A DNA stretch of 63,995 nucleotides, the filler included, from Dirinaria sp. TL-2023a (taxonomy: Eukaryota): assembly GCA_051941275.1 (NCBI GenBank). It is 3 parts of 3 records of this genome, joined end to end, with 100 filler letters (N's around TTAATTAATTAA, not from the genome) between each part and the next. Parts side by side here need not be neighbours in the genome. Positions count along the whole stretch, not along the records: positions 22,171 to 44,225 come from JAVEBF010000238.1; 2 more parts are not named here. The stretch is one strand, 5' to 3'. Under the pieces are notes generated by a model. That model saw only the letters and a list, made by a program, of their open reading frames with translations, searched no databases and was not told the origin of the DNA. Within the stretch, counting starts at the first letter, position 1, and every line of letters begins with the position of its first letter. Position numbers and translations under genes: made by a program. This document shows, one piece after another, positions 22,538-33,735 of this stretch.

Positions 22538-25306
22538 TTAACCCATGCTCTCAAACCTCTCTTTAGCCTTATCGCGGGTCCGCTCCAGGAAATCCCCGTA
22601 ACTGGACTTAGTATTCCGGTCCGCCTCGTCCACGGCATCGCCGATCTTGCCGCCCTGGGCCCCCAACCCCACGCCCTGGACATACATATCCGTGGCAATG
22701 GTGTCGGTCCTGCCCGTGCCCTGCGCGCCGAGGCCTTCGCCGGCGGACCATCCCATCTTGCCCAGCAGCGAGGCTCCCTTGGACGGCGCGGGCGGAGGGT
22801 CCGGTTCGTCGGTGTTGTCGTCCGCTTCATCTCCTGGCTGCTGCTGCTGGTGGGTCGCCGATTTCTTCTTCATCGGCAACGAGATCTTCTTCTTCGACGA
22901 GGCGCCGAATGCGGCGCGGCGTTCTTTGGCGCGGTCACGGTACTCCGCATTGTTGTTGTCTTCGGCGGCGGCGGCGGCGGTGGGCGTGGTGGATGCGCCT
23001 GCTTTCGTCATCTTGGCCTCGGCTTTCGAGACCAGGTCCGCGTTCTGCAGGTTGTCGCGGTGCAGCTGGCTGAGGCGCTCGTGCTTGTTGGCTTCCGCGC
23101 TGCTTTTGAACTGCCGAGAGCACAGGTAACAGCAGTTCTTGACCGGGTCGGCGAATGTCCGCGTGGGTGGCGCGACATCTGTGTTTGAGCTTCCTTTGGC
23201 GAGGGTGGGATTTTGAGCATCCGTGCCTTTCCCCGTAGTGCTTTCCTGTTGAACGCCATGAAGTTCGGCGTGTCGATTGCTCCAGAACTGAAGATGTGCC
23301 GGGACTGTCTACGCTCTGTCAGTGACCCCTTGGAGCTGGCCAATCACCGGTATTAGGTACCTTCTTCGGCTTCCCGGCAGCGCCAGCGTCAGCTTTTCTC
23401 TTCTTGGTTTTGGCTTCTGACTCTTTAGCAGGCTCCAATAGGCCCTCTTTCTCGGCCGCTGCAGCCGCCAAATCCGTGGCTGAGGGTGCTGAGAGGTCGC
23501 CTGGTGCTGGCTTTGGCGAACCTGAAGCTACTGCTAGCTCACTTACATACGCTTCTTCATCCCAGTAGGCCAGTTTGGTCGCTGCATTAGCGAGAGGGCT
23601 GAATGTGAAATGCTCGGTGTCTTCGGTGGTATTGAAGACCGGGACAAAGATACCTGCATGCACATAGTCGACAGTGACCGGCTTCGAGGATATCGTAAAC
23701 TTCTCAAAAGAGTTATAGCGGGTTAGCGCAGCTTGTGCATCCTGAATATCTGGTCAGAAACCCTGATGAATCCCGTATTGCAACAAGCCGGACAACAGAG
23801 CCTACCTCGACCTTATCAAATTCTGCAAACCCATATCGCCAGCTTTCATTCGTCTTTCGGCTTCGGACCAGGAGAACTCTCCTGAGCGTCCCTTCTTTTG
23901 CACCTAGGTTTGCATCACCAGTTGTAGACGCCACTTTGGCATTGCCTTTCTTAGCATTACCAGCCAGCGAAGGGGACGACTTTCGGCTCGGTTTATAGAG
24001 TTTCGCGACACCTTTGGCAAGGAGATCTTCAGTCACTGTGGGCTCCAATCCCCTCAGAAGAAGGAATTGTGATGGTGTGCCATCTAGCGAAGCATCACTA
24101 GCACCGCTAGTTGTGTAGTTGTTCGGTTTCCCAGGAATTGAGGCACCGCCAAAGGCAGCCATGTCTGATGATGATTAGAAGAACCCTTTTTGAATCGCAA
24201 GGAGGCTGCACATACCGGTCTGTGGAGCTTGACACCGGTGACATCTCACTCTTGTGGGGAAGTTTGAAAACGAACACTTGACTAGTATTAGTCACGTTCG
24301 CTAGATTAGTGCAGTGGCCCACTCACTATTTTACAGATCCATTCGCCATCAGATTTATCGCCCCGGATCCGGTCGTCCCTCTCACGACTGAAAGCAATTC
24401 GGACTTTGGCTGCCTCATTGTCACCATCGGTTGAATCAGGTCCATAGAGATATATCATAGGGTAGTTGTGCTCCACGAATGCCTTCGCCTTCTCCAGCGA
24501 AGAGAACCTTATGAAACCAAATCCACGTGAAAGTTCTAAGATGCTATGATCAACTTGATGTTTCCAACAGATCCATGGCGTTGTACGTACTTGTTTGTCG
24601 CTCACGGATGACCCGCACATCGTCAAGGTTTTCAACACCGTGATACTGCTTCAATTCCTTCGATATCTGTGATTGAACCCAAATATATAACTTAGCCAGA
24701 GTCCAGAAAATCTTGCAGTATTGACTTAGGCTCGAGCTTAGGTGCGCTGAAGAGACTCATTGTAGGTGGGCGAGCAGGAAGTGGTGGCCAATACGTCTTC
24801 TTCTACCATCTCTGGAGGAAGTCCTTCCAAGATCACTTCTCGACTTGGCGGTCCTCCGTAGTACGGCGACCTTTCTCTCCTCGGGCTTCGACTTCGGCTT
24901 CGACTTCGGCTTCGACTGTCGTAGCTAGGCGAGCGGTAACCCTCACGGTCTCGATCACGGTAATGCCTGCCTTGGCCTCTAGGCGATGAAGAGCGCGCAC
25001 GGTGGTATTCATCGTATCTTGAATCGCGGTCCCTTAAACCCCTTGTATCCCGTTCTCTCGGATGCGGAGCGTCTCTGGCATCTCGTGATCTGGGATGGTC
25101 TTTGAATGGCTACAGTTAGCAAGGGCGCGGGATGAAAAACATCAAGATCCCTTCTATGGTTTACCATGCGGAGAGATATATCGTCTCGAAGGAGATGATT
25201 GTCGTCGGTAACGGTCTGGGTCATCGTATGTCCGCCTATTGCGGTCGTGCGTTTTGTAGCTGTCGTATGAGCCTGGACCCTCGTGCCGGTCTCTGTACGA
25301 GGGCAT
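22538..25306 (-). CDS. RBM5/RBM10-like RNA-binding protein (RS-rich N-terminus, RRM, RanBP2 zinc finger, RRM, C2H2, G-patch); multi-exon
   Basis: LSRGFGFIRF (RNP1), WICKI|CSFSNFPTRVRCHRCQ, QFLLLRGL...RYGFAEF, CYLCSRQF...HERLSQLH, YRDRAKERR, KGASLLGKMGWSAGEGLGAQGTG G-patch. The start ATG at 25306 (MPSYRDRHE) is inferred. Confidence 0.88.
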
Positions 25307-26067
25307 AATGTTATCAAAAAAAAAGTAGTAAAGAAAATTGTCACAACAGCGATGGACTTCTCACTGAAATGCGAGATGTTCTGGGCAGAGCATTGAAGCC
25401 ACTCATAACACTCACGACTATGTTGAGTATGTCAAATGGAGTGAATGAACCTCTCCGTAAGAACAGGACAAATTATGGGTCCTACAGAAACGGATAACCC
25501 TCGGTTCAAGAGGGTCTTTTCTTTCAGCACTGCTACATTGGACTACAACACTCTGCATCACGAGCCATGGCGTTTCATACATTGACTCCTTGGCCAAGAA
25601 AAGAAGTCCAATTCAAGCCTTCTGGGGAATGTGAGCTTTGCATTCATCCAGATATCCTAGGATCAACTACATATCCATGATCAGCTACTCGCTGAGTAGC
25701 TTCATCAGGTTCTCTACTACCTTAGCTTTGCTTGGAGGCTCTTCGTCCTTGGTTGATGACCTTCCTTGGATTTCGGAAAAGACTTTCTTGTCATTGAACT
25801 TGGCTTTGCTTCAAGTTGTGGGGCTGAGTATACTATGACTCAGAACCGCCAACACTGCCTCAACATGCTTATGAGTCTCTGGACACACTCACAATACCTT
25901 TGCACCTTCCCAGAATATAAGACAAAGTAGTCTTTCTTAACACAAAACAATCTTTCTTAGTAGCAACTACACTTACCACTGCTTTCTTCTCCACAACAAC
26001 ATAAACGTCCTTAGCTGTACTCCTATTCATCTCCATTTGCCAACGTATTCGGGGTGTAATTTCGGAC

Positions 26068-26727
26068 ATGGAGGCCAAATCAGGGAATACAAGCCCCAGC
26101 AGCTCAGAGTCCCAATTCGAGGACTTTGGACAGCCCTCGGACCATCCAGGAGACGAGCTGCCTCCTTTACACTCAGCCACCGCAACTACAGACTATTCCG
26201 CATTTACCGGCCGAGAAGAATACCTCTCGTCTGACGAGGATGCATCTGTACCAAAGGCAAAGCGTGTGTCAAAAGCGAGAGCAAAGAAATCACGCAAAGC
26301 TCAACAAGCGCATAACTCGTCCAGCAAAGCTGCCGCCGGCCCTCTTCGTCCAGCGCAAGATATTCTCGCACGACTGCGGCACGACCCACAACTGTCGTCT
26401 CAGAGTTTTACCGTTGGCTATATTGATCGCCATTCGCCACAGATAATGGAGCTACCGCTAAGCAGTTGGAAGGGTGGGGATGTGACAGACGAGGAGTTCA
26501 TTCCACAGCACCGGATCCTTTGGTTTAAGCGGGACTCAGATGGCAAAAAGGTATGGGATCGGAGAGAAAGGTTGGATATTATCTTTGGCAGTGGCTTGTC
26601 AAAGAAAGATGACGGACACAAGGATATTGATGTTGATACATTGTCCAAACCAAATTCGGGGGACACTACTGTACAAGAGGAACATGTTAGTCCCCCGGGG
26701 AATGGGAAAGAGGGAGATGTAAGGTGA
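26068..26727 (+). CDS. Stand-alone MJ1316-domain protein (predicted RNA cyclic-phosphate end recognition)
   Basis: LRPAQDILARLRHDP...FTVGYIDRH...EEFIPQHRILWFKR...VWDRRERLDIIFGSG; GYxDR, IPxHRI and VWDR motifs of the MJ1316 family. Confidence 0.85.
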   Translation: MEAKSGNTSPSSSESQFEDFGQPSDHPGDELPPLHSATATTDYSAFTGREEYLSSDEDASVPKAKRVSKARAKKSRKAQQAHNSSSKAAAGPLRPAQDILARLRHDPQLSSQSFTVGYIDRHSPQIMELPLSSWKGGDVTDEEFIPQHRILWFKRDSDGKKVWDRRERLDIIFGSGLSKKDDGHKDIDVDTLSKPNSGDTTVQEEHVSPPGNGKEGDVR

Positions 26728-27351
26728 GGAGTGGACTGGAGCCTAGTATCATTCCCAGCCGTTCAATTGATCATCCAACTTAGCGATGAACATATTACGA
26801 TCTTCAGATAGGCTGCTTGGTGTGCTTGTGGCATGACCGAGCACCTCCTAGGCGTCTCCCGGCTCACAGAGCTTCTCACTCATCTTCTGGTGCTACCAAT
26901 ATCGTGCTAGCCTAGCCCTGTTCTAGGCGCGCTATTGCTCCCAATGAGACTAGTCATTGGACGAATTTCTTCATCCGAGCAATAGAAGCCTAACGTTAGG
27001 GCACGTACGATACTATGGCATGCAACACTATATTTAGAGTGCCTTGTCACGGTCAAACTGTTCGAGGAAAGACTTCGGTTCGAACAAAACTGCATAATGA
27101 TTTCTCTTCAGAGTTAGCTTTCTTTTGCAGGTAAATAACCCGCCGTAAGTAATTGGAGGAATGGGCAAGAAGTTCGCGTTTTCCAACTCATCAGCAAGCC
27201 TTTCAACTCATGAAATTTTGGACCATCCTCCATAATCTAGTCCTCGCTTGTTGGCTTGCACCGATAGCTTCCTCACATTAGGGATTTTCGATGATTGGTC
27301 ACGCTAATCTATCAATAGTGCTTTGCACCGTGCTGGTAAAGTGAGGCGCAT

Positions 27352-28532
27352 TCAAAAGCTGTGCTTAGTGCGACAGTGCTTGCACCTGAGTGTGCCCCGG
27401 CGGGTCCACTCATCGATGTCCTCGAACGCAGGACGGAAGACGGAGCTGCAATGGCGGCAATGGTCCCTTGAATCAATCTCCTCCAGTATAGAGGCACCAC
27501 GAGCTTTGATATCACCTAGATCCGTTTGTAACCTTCCGCATTGCGCCTTTAATAGCTTGATCTCGAGTTTGAGACTTGAGATCATTGATTGAGAGTCTTG
27601 AAGGTCCGCAACTACGTCGACATTGGTCAGCCTTAGCCGTTCCTGGTCGCGGGATTTATTGGCAGAAACAGTTCCCAAGACTTCATATAGAAAACCCCCT
27701 TCTTCGCGAAGAGCGTCGCACCACTGTTGCCTTGTATCCTGTATAGCGGCAGAGGACGACTCGTCAAGGGTAAGATCCTGGACTGGACAGATGTCCTCCA
27801 CATGTTCTGCTAAGATTCTCTTCAAGATGTCTCTTAAGCCACGATCGCTTTCCGGTGTTGAGCTTAAGGCCTCATGAACCACTGAAGGGAAGTCAGGTAA
27901 TGGCCAGCCCTGTGCACATGCTAAGAATTTGTCCATGGCTAGTTCCTTGAGTTCCGGCACGTCGAATTTCTCTGCCATTGCATACACTTGCACATTGATC
28001 ATCATGCTAGACCTCCCATCTTCTGTTGACTTCCCAGCAGCGGCAATCTCAGCTGTCTCAGGCTGGTCCACAGTCACCGCATTGGACCTGCCCTCCACTG
28101 GGCTTGGGTTCTCGAGTCTGGAAAGCATCGCATGAGGCATTAGATCATCCTCGACAGAATGCGTAGCAGAGTTTGCTGACGGAGATCCATCGTCTTGTTC
28201 TGTTAAAAATCCGTCCTCGTAGTCGAGTGTGTAAAGATAGGAAAGCAAACGTTCCACAATTGCTGGGTCGTCCTCCTTAAGGATGATTTCTTTGGAACTT
28301 GACTCCTGCGTCTGCATAAGCTATTGCAATGAGATCATACGTGTGGCAGAGTTTCGCTAACCAAGAATGATCCATCACAAGCAGTAGCAAAGAACTTGGA
28401 TCTTTCGCAAACAATAACGCGGTGGACGTGCCACTCCCTGGCTTCGCATTTGATGACCAGATCGGAGTACTTCCCGGTCTCCAACAGCTTTCTATTGCAG
28501 GCCATAAGCCGAGAGTAGTGCGGATCCGCCAT
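27352..28532 (-). CDS. BTB/POZ-domain protein with C-terminal coiled coil and CxxC...CxxC; one intron (~28361-28306)
   Basis: KYSDLVIKCEAREWHVHRVIVCERSKFFATACDGSFL|ESSSKEIILKEDDPAIVERLLSYLYTLDY...VYAMAEKFDVPELKELA; CRHC...CKHC. Confidence 0.9.
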
Positions 28533-29700
28533 TGTGATGAGTTTGTTCAGGCTTATTTTCGGGATTCGTAGAGCTGCTAAATCAATCGCGGCTTGGCTGG
28601 CTCGAAGATACTGTACAAGAACAAGGAATCATCCACCAGTTGCGTGATGTGTCGCAACTTCTCCTTCGCAAGCCCACCCTTCCGGCACTCCTGTTTAACG
28701 ATGAGTTCAATTGATAAGAAGATAATGGTGCGAAGGTATAGTGTGACGATATTATGAATCCGTCAGTACAGATGGCGCCTTTTCATCGGAGGTCTACAAA
28801 AGTAAGCTGTAGTTATTTGCGGAAGAAGATGTAGCGGTTTCTATGGTGATCCTTTTTGAATTCACATTGCTCTTTAAAGCTCTTCAGTGCGCCGTGCACC
28901 TGCCGTTACTTGTTCGTGACACTACCTATCAAGCTGTTTGAACGCAAGGCTGCTCTCAAATCCAGTCAAATAAAGCGATGTCGCTGAATCACGTGGGTTG
29001 AAAGCCTCTTCTGAGTTCGAACACATGAAGTTTTCTCAAAATTATCTTTGCTCGGTTGGTTCTACTATGGACTTAGTGTGCACTTATGCAAATGAGTCTT
29101 TAATTGATAGATTTTGCATACTGTCCTGGATCCCAGGACTCCAGGAGGCGTAGCTTCAATGAAAGTCGCAGCGAAATGTTTGCCTTTTCTCGTTTCGGAG
29201 ATTAATTCGGACCGATCCGACCGGGCGCTAGAACTGCGGACCGAAGCGGACGGAATGGAAGGCTCTGCAATATTTAAACCCAGTTCCTTTTCTATTGTAA
29301 CGCCGACACGTATCTGTCCTAGGACGAAGTGCCATTGAGATATTCCAATCGGTCTCTGTGAGAGCTTGAAAAAGTGTCTGTAGCGCCAAAGATACAACTG
29401 AGCTCAGCATTGGCTCAAGATACTGCTTCTCACGCATGCTGATGGCTCAAGTATCTATTGCTTTTGGCTATGCGTTATCCTAACCATCATGTTGTCCACG
29501 AGCAATGCATGATGACGATTCAGATTATCAAGACCGCTATGATACTATCTGGCTTAGAAGCGCAAGAGCTTAGGTATTGCAATTGGCGAAGACCTTAGCC
29601 GCTTCCGAGGGTTTCTCGCCTCTTTTGTTCGCTACCATTTCTCTCATGCAAAACTTCTCTCGTCGGTTACTCTCATACTTTCTAGAGCGGCTGCTTGATC

Positions 29701-30378
29701 ATGTTCCAATTTCTGCTCCCAAGTTATTTCGCTATGCTGATTGCTTCTGCAGCAGCAGTTATCATTCGCCTTCCCCAGCGATTGCCGAACCAATCACCCA
29801 ATCAGCCATCCCCTTTCAGTACTGCAACTAGCACATCCTCCAACCTGTACGAAAGCTCTCTTTGCTCCCATAGAACATGGCTGTTGCAACGGTGCTGATG
29901 AAGCACTAGGACTGCTCACTTCCATCCGCCTAATCACTGGGGCATTCCTTCCCCTGACCCTTTCTACTTTCGAGTACCTGGAACTATTGCCACGGTCGAG
30001 TTTTATGGGTATCACGGCCACCTAGACATCGACTCAATTATTACATGTTATCTTGCCGCCCTAAGCGACGCGGTGGGACATGTGAACCGTGGCGAAGGCG
30101 ATTTACGAATGGGTACGCACGCGAGGACGTGGATTAGCGCTGACCGTAAAGCATACATGTTCTTGCGTCCTCGTGACGAAATGACATGGTCCATGCTGGA
30201 ATGGCTATGTGACGGGTTGCAAACGTTTGTTGTGATTCGAGAGAACCATATTCAATTTCAGTTCCTCCTGTTAGCTGACGGAACCGAGGGAGAAGTCGGG
30301 TTGGGGGAGATTGGGGCGTACAACCACCCAATGAATGGAGCTGATGTTGCTCAGCACACCGCCGAGCCGACTAACTAG
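29701..30378 (+). CDS. Small secreted protein (~204 aa); exons 29701-29846, 29910-30378
   Basis: Signal peptide MFQFLLPSYFAMLIASAAA. A 63-nt intron (GTACGA...GCTGAT...TAG) removes two in-frame stops and gives PDPFYFRVPGTIATVEFYGY...CYLAALSDAV...MTWSMLEWLCDGL...FQFLL...GLGEIG. Confidence 0.75.
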
Positions 30379-31357
30379 TATTGACCCCTATGGCGATAAA
30401 CAACGCTCCGTGTCTCGGGAATTCATATTGTCAATGACCACACAAGATGAACAAAGACTTATTGCAAGACGATGCAGAGCACGAAGAATACCCTGGTCTT
30501 CTGTGCAATAAAAACTGCGGCCGAGGTTAGGTCGTAGAGTTCTCGCGACTAAATGCTGACTTGAGGATCATGCGGCGCGACCATCTTGCTTCGGGATGAC
30601 ATGTAAAGGCAGCGGCGGTCTATCTAAATTCAGTGCTTTCTCTTGGTGAAAATGTACCCGCTGCTCTGTCAGTTGCTAAGCATGAAATCAAGAGCTCAAG
30701 CACGTGGAGGGGTCCTACCATACTATTTGTCCAGAATTACATGTAGTGATAAAATGTAGCACTGTTATCGATGAAAATTTCTAGGTATCTTTGGATAGCA
30801 GCTTCTGCTAGGACACGTTATGATAAATAGAGGACTAGATTAGATATGATAAGGTAGACACATATTGAAAGGTAAGGTAGCTATGATTAGGGCCAACGAG
30901 GAACGGGGCTTCCACGCCAATCCATGCTTGAATCGTACCTAAGATTCACGAGGAGATCGCGCTAGTTTGTAGGAACTCGTTTGTGGTTTAAAAAATTGGT
31001 AGGTCATTAGATATTACTTGTCCGAATACCTATGATATCTGATTGGTTTACCCTTCCGCACACCGGTCCATCTACTTGAATTGCCCGTGCTACTCTGAAT
31101 CGGTACAACTCTGGTCTAGTACCTTAGTTCTATAGGCGGGTTTGTCATGCTGTCATCATGCAAGTGCGATCGTTCAGGAAGCAAGCGCAGGCTATACTTC
31201 CAACAATGGCTGAAAGAGACTGCGGTCAAGCGTTCTCCAGGTGACTCGGCAACAGAATTTGCACCTCGATCCGTTCACCCCCTACTAAGGGTATGAGATG
31301 AACGATATGACATCTATCGACCTGTCTGAGCTCTAGATCGCAGCAGACGAGACTGCT

Positions 31358-32644
31358 ATGGGCGAGGACGAGACATCCCAGACCGGACAGTCACGTATCT
31401 TCTACAAGGATGAGATGGATATTCGACTGTCCGCTCAAGATGATAGCCTCCACAATATCATTGCATTGGATGTGGGTCTTCGGCTTCTATTTCTATGTAA
31501 TGGCACTGAAGCATGACAGATCGGTGGCTCGCTCATCAAACTCGCCTATTTCTCTCCCTCCGAACTGGGTCCCGAACTAATTGGCGGCACTATTCACTTT
31601 ACGAAATTCGAAGCCGATAGCATTGATCAGTGCTACGAATCCATCCAGCAGCTGATGGAAGACCGGCAGTATAGTGATGGCTCAACACATAGCGACTTCC
31701 GGATCATTGCAACTGGTGGGGGCGCCTATAAGTACTACGATGATATTCAGAAGGTTCTGGGTGTTGCGGTTGTGCGTGAGGACGAGATGGAAAGTCTCAT
31801 TTTAGGTAGGCTGCTTTCGCCGGAACATGTGATTGGTAGGCACTCACAGAGAGTTCGGTGCAGGTCTCGACTTTTTGGTGACTGAAGTACCCCGAGAGGT
31901 CTTTTCCTATGCAGAGACTGGGCCTACGCACTTCGTAGAAGCAAGCACAAGCATCTATCCTTACCTACTTGTGAATATTGGATCCGGCGTTTCCATGATC
32001 AAAGTCTCAGAAAAGGGGCAGTTCCGGAGAGTTGGGGGAACATCCCTGGGTGGAGGCACGTTTTGGGGTCTCCTCTCCTTGTTGACGGGCGCAAGCTCCT
32101 TCCCGGAAATGCTCGATATGGCAGAAAGAGGCGATAATGCCACGGTAGACCTCCTTGTCGGAGACATTTATGGGACAGACTACGGCAAGATTGGCCTCAA
32201 AAGTACGACCATAGCCAGTAGCTTCGGAAAAGTGTTCAAGATGAAGCGGGAAGCTGAGTCCCATACTGAACAGTTCGGCATGTCTGACAAGATAGGTACG
32301 ACCATCGATGGAGAGGTTCAGTCGACCAGAAGCTTTGGGCCTGAAGACATCAGCAGAAGTCTTCTGCTTGCTGTCAGGTATGATTCGCCAACCGTGCCAT
32401 TTCTATTCCACTCACGTTGTATAGCAACAATATTGGACAAATCGCATACTTGCAGTCCGAAAAGCATCAGCTTGAGCGTATCTATTTCGCAGGCTCTTTC
32501 ATTCAAGGGTATCATCAAACCATGAAAACACTATCCAACGCTATAAAGTTCTGGTCGGAAGGTAAGAAGCAAGCTTACTTCCTTCGACACGAAGGCTATC
32601 TTGGGTCACTCGGAGCCTTCATCAAGCAACAACCTAAGGCATAA
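31358..32644 (+). CDS. CAB1: Type II (fumble) pantothenate kinase, divergent Cab1-like; multi-exon, possible extra 5' exon from 31147
   Basis: [105 protein letters not shown]. Confidence 0.9.
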
Positions 32645-32703
32645 GGCCGATGAGAGGCTGAGAGTAGTCACTGTTGTATCCAGGCATTGGATTTCGCCTT
32701 CTC

Positions 32704-33735
32704 CTATGTTGTAGCGTCGACTTTCCCTTTATACCATGCTTTGGCAATACGCACAATCTCTGGTTTCAATTTCTGCTTGTCGATGTTTGCCTCCGCCATC
32801 TCCCTCTGCTCCTCGACCAAGCAGTCTTCGGTGAGCCATCGGAGGAAGTGTCCCACACTAGACATGCTTCTTTTCGTATGCGTCTCCTCAAGATAATTCC
32901 AGCCTTGCTGCAATCGGTTCTCTGTCATGATCGCTTGCGCAAAATTTCTCACACGGTCGCGATTCTCAATTTCAAGCGCAGATGGCGGGAGTTTGTTCTG
33001 TGCGCTCACCGCAAACTCGTCCCCTTTCGATTTGAACCAGAAGGCTGGATTGTCGTATTGTGTTCGGATTTTCCAGACGATCCCCTCGCCAATGCCGAGC
33101 ACGCCAAAAGCACGGGCGTAAGGACATTCTAACTCAACCTGCATCACCATGGACTTTACTTCGGCCTCGAATCTCCCAACGTCTTGGCGATCAAGTCTGC
33201 CATGGAAGTATCCCGCCTTCGATATGTTGTAGATGCCTACTGTCTCGTCGTGGATATCGCAGTACCGATCATCTGGCACCCACGAGTTGTTAATTTTGAT
33301 AGAGCAAATGACGAAGTGTTGAGACAGTTGCTGAAGGGCGACCTTCTTCTGGATGCTGCCGCCACACCACTCGCCTGCCAAAATCACCGGAAGCTCTTGA
33401 CGGAAAGGTATGGTGGGATTCAACGAGCGATATCTCGCGACGATAGCATTCTTGAGTGAAATAATTTGTTCCTCAAGGGGCAATGCGAAAGCGGCGAAAC
33501 CAAAATTGTCCGAGTCCATCTGGAGGTTTGTCTGATTCCGGGATTGAAGGCGCAACACATCGCCTTTCTCAATCACCATGTCTGCATGGGTTCCGTGAAG
33601 CTTGACGGTGCCTACCAATTCAAAAGTAGTCTCCTCGATCTTTCGTGTTGCATATAAAACGTCCTTCAGCTTTCCAATTTTGGGGTATAGCGTCGAGCTC
33701 GTCGACTCTTCTGGAGGAGAACAAGTAGTATTCAT
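32704..33735 (-). CDS. Rnl2-family-like ATP-dependent RNA ligase, intronless, 343 aa
   Basis: Nucleotidyltransferase motifs in order: I GTVKLHGTHA, Ia QSRN, III LAGEWCG, IIIa FVICSIK, IV GEGIVWK, V FWFKSKG, then a helical C-terminal domain. First ATG is 33735 (the ORF-track start is TTG). TATATAAA lies about 80 bp upstream. Confidence 0.8.
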   Translation of the reverse strand: MNTTCSPPEESTSSTLYPKIGKLKDVLYATRKIEETTFELVGTVKLHGTHADMVIEKGDVLRLQSRNQTNLQMDSDNFGFAAFALPLEEQIISLKNAIVARYRSLNPTIPFRQELPVILAGEWCGGSIQKKVALQQLSQHFVICSIKINNSWVPDDRYCDIHDETVGIYNISKAGYFHGRLDRQDVGRFEAEVKSMVMQVELECPYARAFGVLGIGEGIVWKIRTQYDNPAFWFKSKGDEFAVSAQNKLPPSALEIENRDRVRNFAQAIMTENRLQQGWNYLEETHTKRSMSSVGHFLRWLTEDCLVEEQREMAEANIDKQKLKPEIVRIAKAWYKGKVDATT

